Below are positions 8,336 through 16,490 of a DNA stretch of 20,000 nt, piece by piece. The stretch is taken from IMG/VR virus record IMGVR_UViG_3300020200_000019; one strand, given 5' to 3'. A program made the translations under genes and the position numbers. Source of the DNA: an uncultured virus (IMG/VR IMGVR_UViG_3300020200_000019) (Duplodnaviria > Heunggongvirae > Uroviricota > Caudoviricetes). The number at the start of each line of letters is the position of its first letter. Position 1 is the first letter of the stretch. Under the pieces are notes generated by a model that ran no database searches, had not been told where the DNA came from, and worked only from the letters and a program-made list of their open reading frames with translations.

Positions 8336-10497
8336 TGCCGAACCCGCTCATCCCCGCGCTCAACCGTGCTCTCTATGTGGGGTACGACTTCGATACCTAC
8401 GTGGACGATCTGCGAGCGCGCCTCCAGGTTACGTTCGCCGCCGAGTTCAACGACTTCGCTCTCTCGTCGCTGGGCATCCTGCTCCTCGACCTGATGGCCT
8501 ACGGGCTGGACACCCTGAGCTTCTTCCTCGACCGTCGGACCTCGGACAACTACCTGGCGACGGCCCGGACCCGCAAGGCGGTGGCGCGCATCACTCGGCA
8601 ACTCGGCTACAAGATGGGTCCGGCCGTCTCCTCCTCGGGAGACCTGAAGATCTCCCTAGCCTCCCCCCTTGGCTTCGACGTGTCGATGCCAAAGGGCTTT
8701 CGGTTCCAGGGACCGAACAACCTCCTGTTTGAGACCGCGAGGGCCGTCACCTTTCCCGCCAACAGCGTCGCCTTCAAGCTCGTGCCTTGCTACGAGGGGG
8801 AGACCTTGATCGAGGACTTCGTGTCCGATGGGACGGCCCATCAGGTGCTCGCGCTCCGCCGGGTTCCCGAAGGGAAGTTCGTGGTCCTTGGTTCGGTGAA
8901 GGTGACGGTGAACGGAGCCCCCTTCGTCGAGAACGATTTCCTCACGTTCGAGAAGACCGACCAGTTCGAGGTCGGCTACAACGACGATCCCCCCGCCGTG
9001 CGGTTCGGGGACGGGGTGGTGGGCAACATCCCCACGGCCCAAGCCAGCATCTCCATCGAGTACATCGCGTCCTCGGGAAAGATCGGACAGGTCACGAAGA
9101 ACACCATCACGGCGGAGGTGATGCCGCTTGTGGTCAACTTTCAGGCTATCTCCCTGGTCATCACCAACCCCGATCCTGTAGTTGGAGGCGACGACCCGGA
9201 GACCATCGAACATGCCAAGGCGTTTGCAGGTAAGGTCTTCAAGAGCCAGAAGTCGGCAGTCACGCGCGAGGACTATGAGGCTTTGGCCGGGTCCTACGCC
9301 GATCCGTTGTTCGGTCGGGTGGCGGTGGCGAAGGCTCTGGCAACCCGCTCCGCCAGCACAGACATCACCCTCCAGAACGCGGTGAGCGGGGTGAAGGTCG
9401 AGGTGGCGAAGCCGGTTCCGGCGGTGAACACCGGAGCGACGAACGCGACCGGGTACATCACCGGAGCCCAGGCCGACCTTACCGATCTCGGGACGGCGCT
9501 CACGAACGCGGCGGTGAAGGTCACCTCGGCGGACGGACATCTCGACACCGCCCGGATCTCGGCTCGCACCGTCAAGAACAAGGCGGAGGAGATCGTGGCC
9601 GCTGCCCAGGTGGTGCAGGACAAGGTGATCGATGGCAAGGCCACCATCGACGCGGTGAGCACTGGCAACCCCAGCCAACTTACCGCCCAGGACAAGGACA
9701 ACCTGAAGAAGTTTTTCGACCTCATTGCCACCCAGGCGACCTCCCTCTCTGCCTCGGCTTCTGCCGTCGGGACCAGTTCGGGAACCGAGGCGGCCGAAGT
9801 GGGAGCGGCCAAGGACGACTTGGCCGATGTGGGCCTCGATCTCGTGACCAGCGGAACCTTGCTCTACGCCGCCGAGCAGGAACGCACGGACGCTGACGCG
9901 AAGCTCGGACTGATCCGGACCGAGGTGACCGCCATGAAGACGGCGGTGGTGAACGTCGAGGCGGCGGTGGCGACCTGGCTCGACGCCCTCTCCGACCATG
10001 TGGACAATATCTTGGCCGCTGACTGCCAGGCCAACCTCGTCACGGTGCCGATCTTGGCGCGGGACGCCGCAGGCTTCTACACCGCTCCGTCGTCCAGCCT
10101 GGTCCAGTCCCTTCAGGCGTTCCTCGACGCGCGCAAGGAGGTGACGCAGACGGTTTCTGTGGTCTCCGGGGACTCTTTCCTGCGCCCGGTGGTGCTCACG
10201 ATCCGCGTCGGAGTCCTCCCCAACCACTCGCAGTCGGTGGTCAAGACCGCCGTCGAGGCGTTTACCGACCGGCTCCTGCGGGATCGGAAGTTCGGGGCCG
10301 GACTCTACTTCTCTGACTTCGACCCCCTAAAGCGTATCGCTGGGTTGGGCTTCTTCAACGTCACCATCGCCGGACACCAGGAGAGCGGCATCACCGTCAC
10401 TACTCGGCTCGACGGGAGCGGGAACCTCGTCATCCCTGTGAGCGAGGTGATCACGAAGGGGTCGGTCACGGTGACGACCGAGGCGTTGTTGAGCTAG
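8335..10497 (+). CDS. Baseplate wedge protein, J/gp47/T4 gp6-like, 720 aa, with large helical insertion
   Basis: YDFDTYVDDL...NDFALSSLGILLLDLMAY..D.LSFFLDR...YLATAR...QLGYK, VRFGDGVVGNIP, GGDDPETIE and AVTREDYEALA are J/gp6 motifs. TGATG overlap with gp25. Confidence 0.9.
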   Translation: MPNPLIPALNRALYVGYDFDTYVDDLRARLQVTFAAEFNDFALSSLGILLLDLMAYGLDTLSFFLDRRTSDNYLATARTRKAVARITRQLGYKMGPAVSSSGDLKISLASPLGFDVSMPKGFRFQGPNNLLFETARAVTFPANSVAFKLVPCYEGETLIEDFVSDGTAHQVLALRRVPEGKFVVLGSVKVTVNGAPFVENDFLTFEKTDQFEVGYNDDPPAVRFGDGVVGNIPTAQASISIEYIASSGKIGQVTKNTITAEVMPLVVNFQAISLVITNPDPVVGGDDPETIEHAKAFAGKVFKSQKSAVTREDYEALAGSYADPLFGRVAVAKALATRSASTDITLQNAVSGVKVEVAKPVPAVNTGATNATGYITGAQADLTDLGTALTNAAVKVTSADGHLDTARISARTVKNKAEEIVAAAQVVQDKVIDGKATIDAVSTGNPSQLTAQDKDNLKKFFDLIATQATSLSASASAVGTSSGTEAAEVGAAKDDLADVGLDLVTSGTLLYAAEQERTDADAKLGLIRTEVTAMKTAVVNVEAAVATWLDALSDHVDNILAADCQANLVTVPILARDAAGFYTAPSSSLVQSLQAFLDARKEVTQTVSVVSGDSFLRPVVLTIRVGVLPNHSQSVVKTAVEAFTDRLLRDRKFGAGLYFSDFDPLKRIAGLGFFNVTIAGHQESGITVTTRLDGSGNLVIPVSEVITKGSVTVTTEALLS

Positions 10498-10501
10498 ATC
10501 G

Positions 10502-12979
10502 ATGGGCTTCGGGCACGGAAAGTTCGGGAAGAACTCCTTCGGGGAGCGGGACTGGTCCTACGAGGTTCTCTACGGTTCTCTCCCGGAACTCTATCGCACG
10601 CAGGACACCGATGAAGTGCTCCTGGCCTGGGCCGAAGGGCAGCGTCCGGTGCTCGACATGCTGCGCCGGAAGATCCGCGACTTCGGCGACCTCCGCGACC
10701 CCTTGAAGGTCCGCACCCGGCACGACGATGTGTTCACCCTTCGCCTCGGCCCCCGGCTGGTCCCCCAAGGCACGCTGGAACAACGGGGTGGGGACGGTTC
10801 GGTGTCCTCGTTGCGGGAGTTTTCCGCACCGACCGCGCGCTTCAAGGAATCCGATATCGGCAAGACCCTGATCCTTCGCAGCCCGAACGAACCTACCAAC
10901 ACCCGTTCCGTGATCATTACCCAAGTCCTGTCCCGCAGTACGGTGGGCACCGACCCCCTCCTGGTCCTCGACGCCGGACCCTTGAAGTGGGAGGTGCGCT
11001 CCCTCGCTTCGGTCCCTTCGGACTTCACCACGGTTCGCGTTCTCGGCGGCTACGTGGAGAAGGTGGCCCCGGGATGGGTCATCTCGGATGGCTACGCGGA
11101 CTTCGTGGTGCGAGGACGCCGCCAGTTTCGGGTTGCGGACGATCGGAAGATCCTGACGGAGCGAGAAGGAGCGGACGGGTTGTTCGCTCAAACCAACGCC
11201 TTCCTTCAGCCGATCTTCCAGTCCCCCACCGCGAACTTCGTTCCGGCGGACGTGGGGAAGAAGATCGTGATCTTCGCCGCCTCTCACGGGGCGAATCGCG
11301 GCAAGAAGGAGATCAAGCTGGTGCTTGGTCCTTCCACCGCCTTCCTGCTTCCTCCCGACGCTCCTACTCCGGCTCCGGTTGCTGAGGCTGGACCCCTAAC
11401 CTGGGCCATCCTGCCCAACGAGGAACTCGACCTCGAAGGACAGGCGCTTCCGCGAGGGGTAGTCGAGCAGGAGGGGCTGGATCTGGAGGTGAACGTCGGA
11501 GGGAACGCCCAGAAGGTCCGTTCCTCTTCTGCCCGCTTTTTTGCGGGGGACGTAGGAAAGCTGCTCACGATCTCCGGCTCGTCCCTCGGGAACGCCGGAA
11601 CCTCGACTATCGTCTCGGTCCTCTCCGCTGATACCGCTCTCGTGTCCACCTTCTTCGTTGGTCCTGAGTCCGCTCTGGGTTGGGCGCTTCGTCGCCCCAC
11701 CTTGGTTGGGGATCAGACGGAGGTGACGGTTCGGGCTCCGGCTCTGCTCGACCACCTGGCCCCGGATGTGGGGATCGAGGTGGACACTCAGGAGAGCGAG
11801 GCTCGCCAGCGAAGCTGGGTAGCGAACCTGTTTCAGTGGCTCGCCTACCGGGGTCGGGACACCGCCTACGCCATCTTGGGGAGCATCAGTGGCTTCCAGG
11901 TGACCGCTGCGCCCCTGTTCTGTATCTCCAAGGGCTACTACTTGGGTTTTCCTGTCGAGCGACGGGCCGAGGTCGGGGAACCTGGTCCGGGGCGGAGCGG
12001 GCGGGACGGGTCGCTTTCGCTGTCCTCGGGCTCGGTGGTCTTCACCGCCGCTTCGGGATCCCTCCGCAAGACGGACGTGGGGCGGGAGATTCGCCTGCGG
12101 AACTCCGGCTCGGGGAACGACAAGCTCTACACCATCGCCGCCTTCCTTTCGACCACCTCCGTTCGGTTCGCTTCGACCGAGACCGCCAACCTTCCCGACG
12201 CCAACGACGGGACGCTTCACTGGAGTGTGGTGCGGCTCTATGCCGACCGACCCCCGACCCGGCCTCGGTACGACGAGATCAATGGGGACATGCTGGCGGA
12301 CGTGATCAACGTGACCAGCGGAGGGTCGAAGCACTTTCGAGTGGACGAGTTCTGCTGGCAGGACGGCTTCAGCACCCGCTTCCCGGTGACGGTGCTCCAG
12401 ACCACCCTACTCGCTGGGACCACTTATGAGGTGCGGGTGCAAGGGGCGGGTGGATACCCCACCTCTCCACGGGTCGCGCAACAGACGGGCCGCTGGAGGT
12501 TCACCGATCCGAACGGTACCGCCTATTTCCTTGACACCGTGCCGGTTCAGGTGACGAACCAACCCGCCTACGCCTTCCAGGTCGGAACGCTGATCGCTCC
12601 GTCGGGCGTGGGGATGGGGTACCTCGACTACGTGTGCGAGCCCCACTACTCCTGCTACTACTGCGCCGCGAGCAAGGTTCTTCTCACGATCCAACCCGAC
12701 ACCATCTTGTCCGAGAGCGGCTTGGCGACCGAGAAGGCGCTCGACCGCGCGCTCGCCCGCATGGAGTTGGCGAAGCCGGTTCACCTTGAACTCATTCCTA
12801 AGATCATACAACCCGTTGAGGTAACAATCGCCTTCTCGGTGACGGTGGAGACCCTGTTGTACGAGCAGCCCGACGGCATCTACGTGGTTGCCACCGGCAA
12901 CTACTACGATATGGTGCCGGGAGACCTGTTCCCTGCTGACCAGGGCGCGGTCGTCACCGTGCAACAGACCTTGCCCTAG
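10502..12979 (+). CDS. Baseplate wedge protein, P2 gpI / T4 gp7-like, 825 aa, with four inserted repeat domains
   Basis: N-terminal LPELYRTQD...LRDP, later LLDHLAPDVG...EARQRSWVANLFQWLAYRG, and C-terminal LAKPVH together resemble the Tail_P2_I core. Follows J as expected. Confidence 0.7.
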   Translation: MGFGHGKFGKNSFGERDWSYEVLYGSLPELYRTQDTDEVLLAWAEGQRPVLDMLRRKIRDFGDLRDPLKVRTRHDDVFTLRLGPRLVPQGTLEQRGGDGSVSSLREFSAPTARFKESDIGKTLILRSPNEPTNTRSVIITQVLSRSTVGTDPLLVLDAGPLKWEVRSLASVPSDFTTVRVLGGYVEKVAPGWVISDGYADFVVRGRRQFRVADDRKILTEREGADGLFAQTNAFLQPIFQSPTANFVPADVGKKIVIFAASHGANRGKKEIKLVLGPSTAFLLPPDAPTPAPVAEAGPLTWAILPNEELDLEGQALPRGVVEQEGLDLEVNVGGNAQKVRSSSARFFAGDVGKLLTISGSSLGNAGTSTIVSVLSADTALVSTFFVGPESALGWALRRPTLVGDQTEVTVRAPALLDHLAPDVGIEVDTQESEARQRSWVANLFQWLAYRGRDTAYAILGSISGFQVTAAPLFCISKGYYLGFPVERRAEVGEPGPGRSGRDGSLSLSSGSVVFTAASGSLRKTDVGREIRLRNSGSGNDKLYTIAAFLSTTSVRFASTETANLPDANDGTLHWSVVRLYADRPPTRPRYDEINGDMLADVINVTSGGSKHFRVDEFCWQDGFSTRFPVTVLQTTLLAGTTYEVRVQGAGGYPTSPRVAQQTGRWRFTDPNGTAYFLDTVPVQVTNQPAYAFQVGTLIAPSGVGMGYLDYVCEPHYSCYYCAASKVLLTIQPDTILSESGLATEKALDRALARMELAKPVHLELIPKIIQPVEVTIAFSVTVETLLYEQPDGIYVVATGNYYDMVPGDLFPADQGAVVTVQQTLP
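10775..12236 (+). repeat. Four diverged ~75-85-aa protein repeats with consensus G.D...F...D(V/I)G(K/R)...N...I...L(S/G)...L.W
   Basis: Copies at ~10775-10999 (PTARFKESDIGK...GPLKW), ~11153-11413 (PTANFVPADVGK...GPLTW), ~11459-11696 (SSARFFAGDVGK...ALGW) and ~11990-12236 (LRKTDVGR...GTLHW). Confidence 0.8.
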
Positions 12980-12991
12980 AGGAGATCGCCG

Positions 12992-13453
12992 ATGCCTCTC
13001 GTCCCCGGAATCCTCACCGACGCGGCCCGCAACGCATGGCCGCGCATGTTCTACGGCGATGTCGTCTTCAAGAATATCTCCTACGTCAAGTTCGGGGAGG
13101 GGGGCTGGGTCGATCCTGGAAACGGGCGGGTTCCTCGCACCGCGAGCCAGATGACCGGGCTCACCAATCTCGACTGCGTGGTGAACCCGAACAACTACCC
13201 GGTGGACAGCCGAGGCACCTACCAGAAGAACCTGGCTCCGGCGGACTTCTCCATCGAGAACAACTCGGTCCTGAAGATCCGATGCTTCCTCGACTTCGGG
13301 GACTGGAACGATGATGGGAACGGGAACAACCCGGAGATCTGGGAGTTGGGGGTGTTCGACGAGTCCAACCGCCTCGTCGCTTATGCTACCTTCCAGAAGA
13401 TCACGAAGGACAACACCAAGCAGCTTGAGCAGTTTGTAAGGATCGGGTTCTAG
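12992..13453 (+). CDS. Tail-collar / fibre-attachment protein (DUF3751-like), 153 aa
   Basis: ISYVKFGEGG and EIWELGVFDESNRLVAYATFQKITKD resemble tail-collar fibre N-terminal domains. RBS AGGAGA at 12980-12985. Sits after the gpI-like gene. Confidence 0.7.
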   Translation: MPLVPGILTDAARNAWPRMFYGDVVFKNISYVKFGEGGWVDPGNGRVPRTASQMTGLTNLDCVVNPNNYPVDSRGTYQKNLAPADFSIENNSVLKIRCFLDFGDWNDDGNGNNPEIWELGVFDESNRLVAYATFQKITKDNTKQLEQFVRIGF

Positions 13454-13462
13454 GAGCCACCC

Positions 13463-15568
13463 ATGCCCAGCACTCTCCTCACCTTCGCCGCCGCCGAGAC
13501 CCGTTGTCGGTGGTTCGAGCCTTACGTGACCGAGGGGCTGAACGCGAAGCTCGCGGCCAACACCCCTCCTGGGGTCTACCGGGGTTTCCGGCTCACGACT
13601 TCCCAGAACGCCCTCACGGTGAAGCTCGCTGCCGATCCGGCCGCTTCCGACCATGTGGCCGTGGTCGAGACCGCTGACCCCTACTCGCTCACCGTTCGCA
13701 AGGGGGGCGGGGACTTCGAGTTGGATCTCCAAGCCCTAGTAGGGCAGGACGTGGTGCTGGCGATCTACGTCACCTACGTCATCGGTCAGAACACCTCGGC
13801 CATCCTTCGGGCCTACACCATCAACGAGTACAACGCCCTCTCCGCCGCCGCAAGGCGCGCTCTCTGTGTGTTAGGGAGGGTGGTGGTGCCGGGCAACGGA
13901 ATCATCCCGGGGGCGAACCTGAGCCTCGCCCCCCGCTCCTCGGCCTGGCGGGGCCTCGCGCAGGAGGCGGCTCCCTGGACCCCGCTCCTCCGTAACGGGG
14001 GGTTCGAGATCGGTCCGGTGGGATCGCTTCTGAACCACCGGCTCCCCTTCTGGACCTCCTCCGTGATTTCCAACGCCTACGCGGTGGTCATCGACACGGC
14101 AGGAGCAAACGCCTACGCCGGTTCCGGTAGCCTCCTCCTGACGGTCGTGACTCCGCCGGTCCAGGCGAACGGCGAGGTCCACCAGGCCCTCGGGATGCCG
14201 GTCTACGCGGAGCAGCAGCTTCGCCTAGAGGCCCATTTCCGCCTCGACCAGCAGCTTTCCGCCGGGGAGATCAACCTCGTCGTCGAGTGGGGGGACAAGC
14301 TTGGGACAGACATCAACACGCCCTCCAAGCTCCTGCTCGCCGACCAGAACTCCAACCCCGATGGCATCTACTACCTGAAGTCCAAGGTCGTGCTCGCCCC
14401 GGCGAACGCTCGGTCGCTCCGGCGGATCTACTTGGAGTTCGACGGGGCGGAGTTCCAAGGCAACAACGCCGCCTGTCACATTGACGACGTGCAGGCGTGG
14501 CTGGAGCCGCACGACGCCCGCACCGTGCCGTTCGAGGAGCAGCGTCGGGCCGTCGCCGCCTCCCTCCTCACGTTGGAGGGGCCGCAGACCACGCCCTTCG
14601 ACGGCAACGCTCTGCTCTTGGAGTTCGACCCGTCCTTTACGACGGGTGCGGGTGGGAAGGTGGTGGCCGGGGCGCGCTGGGTGAACAACCTGCCGCCGCT
14701 CCTCCAGTGGCTCGGAAGGATGATCCTCGGCCCGGGGGTCTTCAACGCCGCGCTCGACGACCTTCCTCGCCTTGACATCCCCACCTTCGGAGGAAGTCGG
14801 CGGATTGCCCTCGCTCGTTTCGGGGGGGAGAACAACTCGACCGCCGATTCCGGGGTTCGCCTCTACCTCTCGCCCGAGGAGGGGTTGGAGATCGCCGCCA
14901 ACTGCTACTGGGACACGGCTGCTGGGAAGTGGAAGAACGAGCGGTTCGACGCCAACGGGTCGCGGGCGGTGCTCTACGTCTTCGGGAGCGTGATGGCGAA
15001 CGTAACCTCCAACGACCTGACCATCAAGGTCAGGAACTTCACCGTCGCCGACGAGTGGACCGACGCCCAGTGGGACTTCGACGCTCTCCGCTTCTCGGGG
15101 CCTACCGCCGATCGTACCACCGGCTTCGGGACGGTGCTTGAACTCCGGGACGGGCTGCTCGAACTGTTCACGCCGACGACCGACACCTACGGCTCGAACC
15201 TCCCCTTCGATTCCGGGGGCTTCGGCTCGAATCGGCTGTTCGCCAAGTCGATCCCGAAGGGGTGGGGGTATGTGGAGATTGTCAACGGGGTCATCGTCGC
15301 CAACTCGCGCGAGGGCCTGAACTACGCTCTTTCGTTCGATGGTAACGGGCGGGTGGTCATCACCTTCAACAGCAACATGAACTCGACGAAGTTTGCCGTG
15401 CATCCGACGCTCTATCGGTCCTCGAACGGGGACTACCTGGACGTGAGCAACTGGGCGCAGAACTACGTCGAGTTGACCCTGCGGGACAAGGACGGGGTGG
15501 CGAAGGACATTGTGGCGGGGAACCTCTCGCTGACCTTCTCCTGGATCGTGTTCGGCGTCCAGACGTGA
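13463..15568 (+). CDS. Putative tail fibre / receptor-binding protein with carbohydrate-binding-like domain, 701 aa
   Basis: RBS AGGAG. N-terminal EPYVTEGLNAKL...PPGVYRGF is probably the baseplate-attachment domain. Central LLRNGGFE...W...AYAGSGSL...APANA...IDDV fits a CBM4/9-like jelly-roll (~13985-14500). C-terminus is beta-rich. Confidence 0.65.
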   Translation: MPSTLLTFAAAETRCRWFEPYVTEGLNAKLAANTPPGVYRGFRLTTSQNALTVKLAADPAASDHVAVVETADPYSLTVRKGGGDFELDLQALVGQDVVLAIYVTYVIGQNTSAILRAYTINEYNALSAAARRALCVLGRVVVPGNGIIPGANLSLAPRSSAWRGLAQEAAPWTPLLRNGGFEIGPVGSLLNHRLPFWTSSVISNAYAVVIDTAGANAYAGSGSLLLTVVTPPVQANGEVHQALGMPVYAEQQLRLEAHFRLDQQLSAGEINLVVEWGDKLGTDINTPSKLLLADQNSNPDGIYYLKSKVVLAPANARSLRRIYLEFDGAEFQGNNAACHIDDVQAWLEPHDARTVPFEEQRRAVAASLLTLEGPQTTPFDGNALLLEFDPSFTTGAGGKVVAGARWVNNLPPLLQWLGRMILGPGVFNAALDDLPRLDIPTFGGSRRIALARFGGENNSTADSGVRLYLSPEEGLEIAANCYWDTAAGKWKNERFDANGSRAVLYVFGSVMANVTSNDLTIKVRNFTVADEWTDAQWDFDALRFSGPTADRTTGFGTVLELRDGLLELFTPTTDTYGSNLPFDSGGFGSNRLFAKSIPKGWGYVEIVNGVIVANSREGLNYALSFDGNGRVVITFNSNMNSTKFAVHPTLYRSSNGDYLDVSNWAQNYVELTLRDKDGVAKDIVAGNLSLTFSWIVFGVQT

Positions 15569-15574
15569 TAGGGT
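15566..15574 (+). promoter_or_regulatory. Candidate extended -10 (TGnTAGGGT) 6 nt before ATG 15581, or an SD-like GGGTGAT
   Basis: Sequence TGA TAGGGT GATGCC ATG fits TGnTAnnnT at leaderless spacing. The same bases could instead act as an RBS. Confidence 0.25.
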
Positions 15575-15580
15575 GATGCC

Positions 15581-15991
15581 ATGCCGGTTCGCGTTCGCTA
15601 CTCGATCAAGGCGGTCATCTCCTCCACCACGGCGGAGGAGAAGGACTTGGGGAACCAGTCCTGGGAGGTGATGACCGACACGCAGGGTGAAGGAGGGGCG
15701 TGGAAGGTTCTGATTCCCAAGACCTCCACCGACCTCCAGGTACCTCTGGGAAGCGTCGCGGCGGCCAAGCTCGTCGTTCTTCGCACGCTGTCCAAGGATC
15801 CCACCCTGGCGCTCCCGGACATCACGATCAAGAAGAACGCCAACAACGGGGAAGCCATCGTCATCCGTCCGCTCGGCGACCAGAAGGAGGGTCACTTCCT
15901 TCTCTCGACCAGCGGCATCACCGCGCTCTACGTGACCAACCCCTCAGCCACCGTGGACGTAGAGATGGTGGTCGTGGTGGTTGGCGATTGA
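15581..15991 (+). CDS. Hypothetical beta-rich protein, 136 aa (possibly virion structural)
   Basis: Non-overlapping ORF with G/C-ending codons and alternating beta-strand patterns. No family recognised. Confidence 0.75.
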   Translation: MPVRVRYSIKAVISSTTAEEKDLGNQSWEVMTDTQGEGGAWKVLIPKTSTDLQVPLGSVAAAKLVVLRTLSKDPTLALPDITIKKNANNGEAIVIRPLGDQKEGHFLLSTSGITALYVTNPSATVDVEMVVVVVGD

Positions 15992-16027
15992 TCGTACTTA
16001 CAAAGTGAGGTACTACAAGGGATCGCC

Positions 16028-16465
16028 ATGCTTCGCGTGCGGCTCCAGGAGGTTTCCCCCATCGGGGTCATCGCTCCGCTGAAACTCGTCGGCTTCCTCC
16101 TTCCCGAGAACGCCATCCAGGTCGTGCGCGGGGGTACCTTGACCCTCCACGTTCTGGTCTACGAGGAGACCGACCCCGACGCCCTGGTGGACATCACCCT
16201 CGCCACCCTGCACTTCACGGTGAAGGAGGGGATCTCCGAGAAGCACCCGCCACGCATCTACAAAGTCTCCACGGACCCGATGCAGATCGATGTCCACAAG
16301 CCCCGCCACGGGGAAGCGAAGGTCATGATCGCCTCTGCGGACACCAAGACGTTGGAGCCCCGTTCCCATGTTTACGACCTCTGGTTGTTTCTGGGGGGCG
16401 GACGCTACCCGTTGATCTCGCAGGGCGTGTTCGAGGTGCTACCCAACATCGCGGTTCTACCTTGA
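16028..16465 (+). CDS. Ig-like / BppU N-terminal-like structural protein, 145 aa
   Basis: RGGTLTLHV...VDITLATLHFTVK...GEAKVMIASADT..L...YDLWL......QGVFEV resembles the BppU_N-type Ig fold common in phage tail accessory proteins. Confidence 0.55.
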   Translation: MLRVRLQEVSPIGVIAPLKLVGFLLPENAIQVVRGGTLTLHVLVYEETDPDALVDITLATLHFTVKEGISEKHPPRIYKVSTDPMQIDVHKPRHGEAKVMIASADTKTLEPRSHVYDLWLFLGGGRYPLISQGVFEVLPNIAVLP

Positions 16466-16490
16466 CGACCACATGGTCGCGGAGGCGCGG

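Noticed and set aside
4808..13462. Possible TAG recoding/readthrough: four TAG stops (ending 4810, 5119, 12979, 13453) are in frame with the next gene with no intervening stop
   Set aside because: Four of seven is compatible with chance at 1/3 each. Each downstream gene is a complete standalone family member, two have their own AGGAG RBS, and no domain is interrupted by an internal TAG as expected under code 15.
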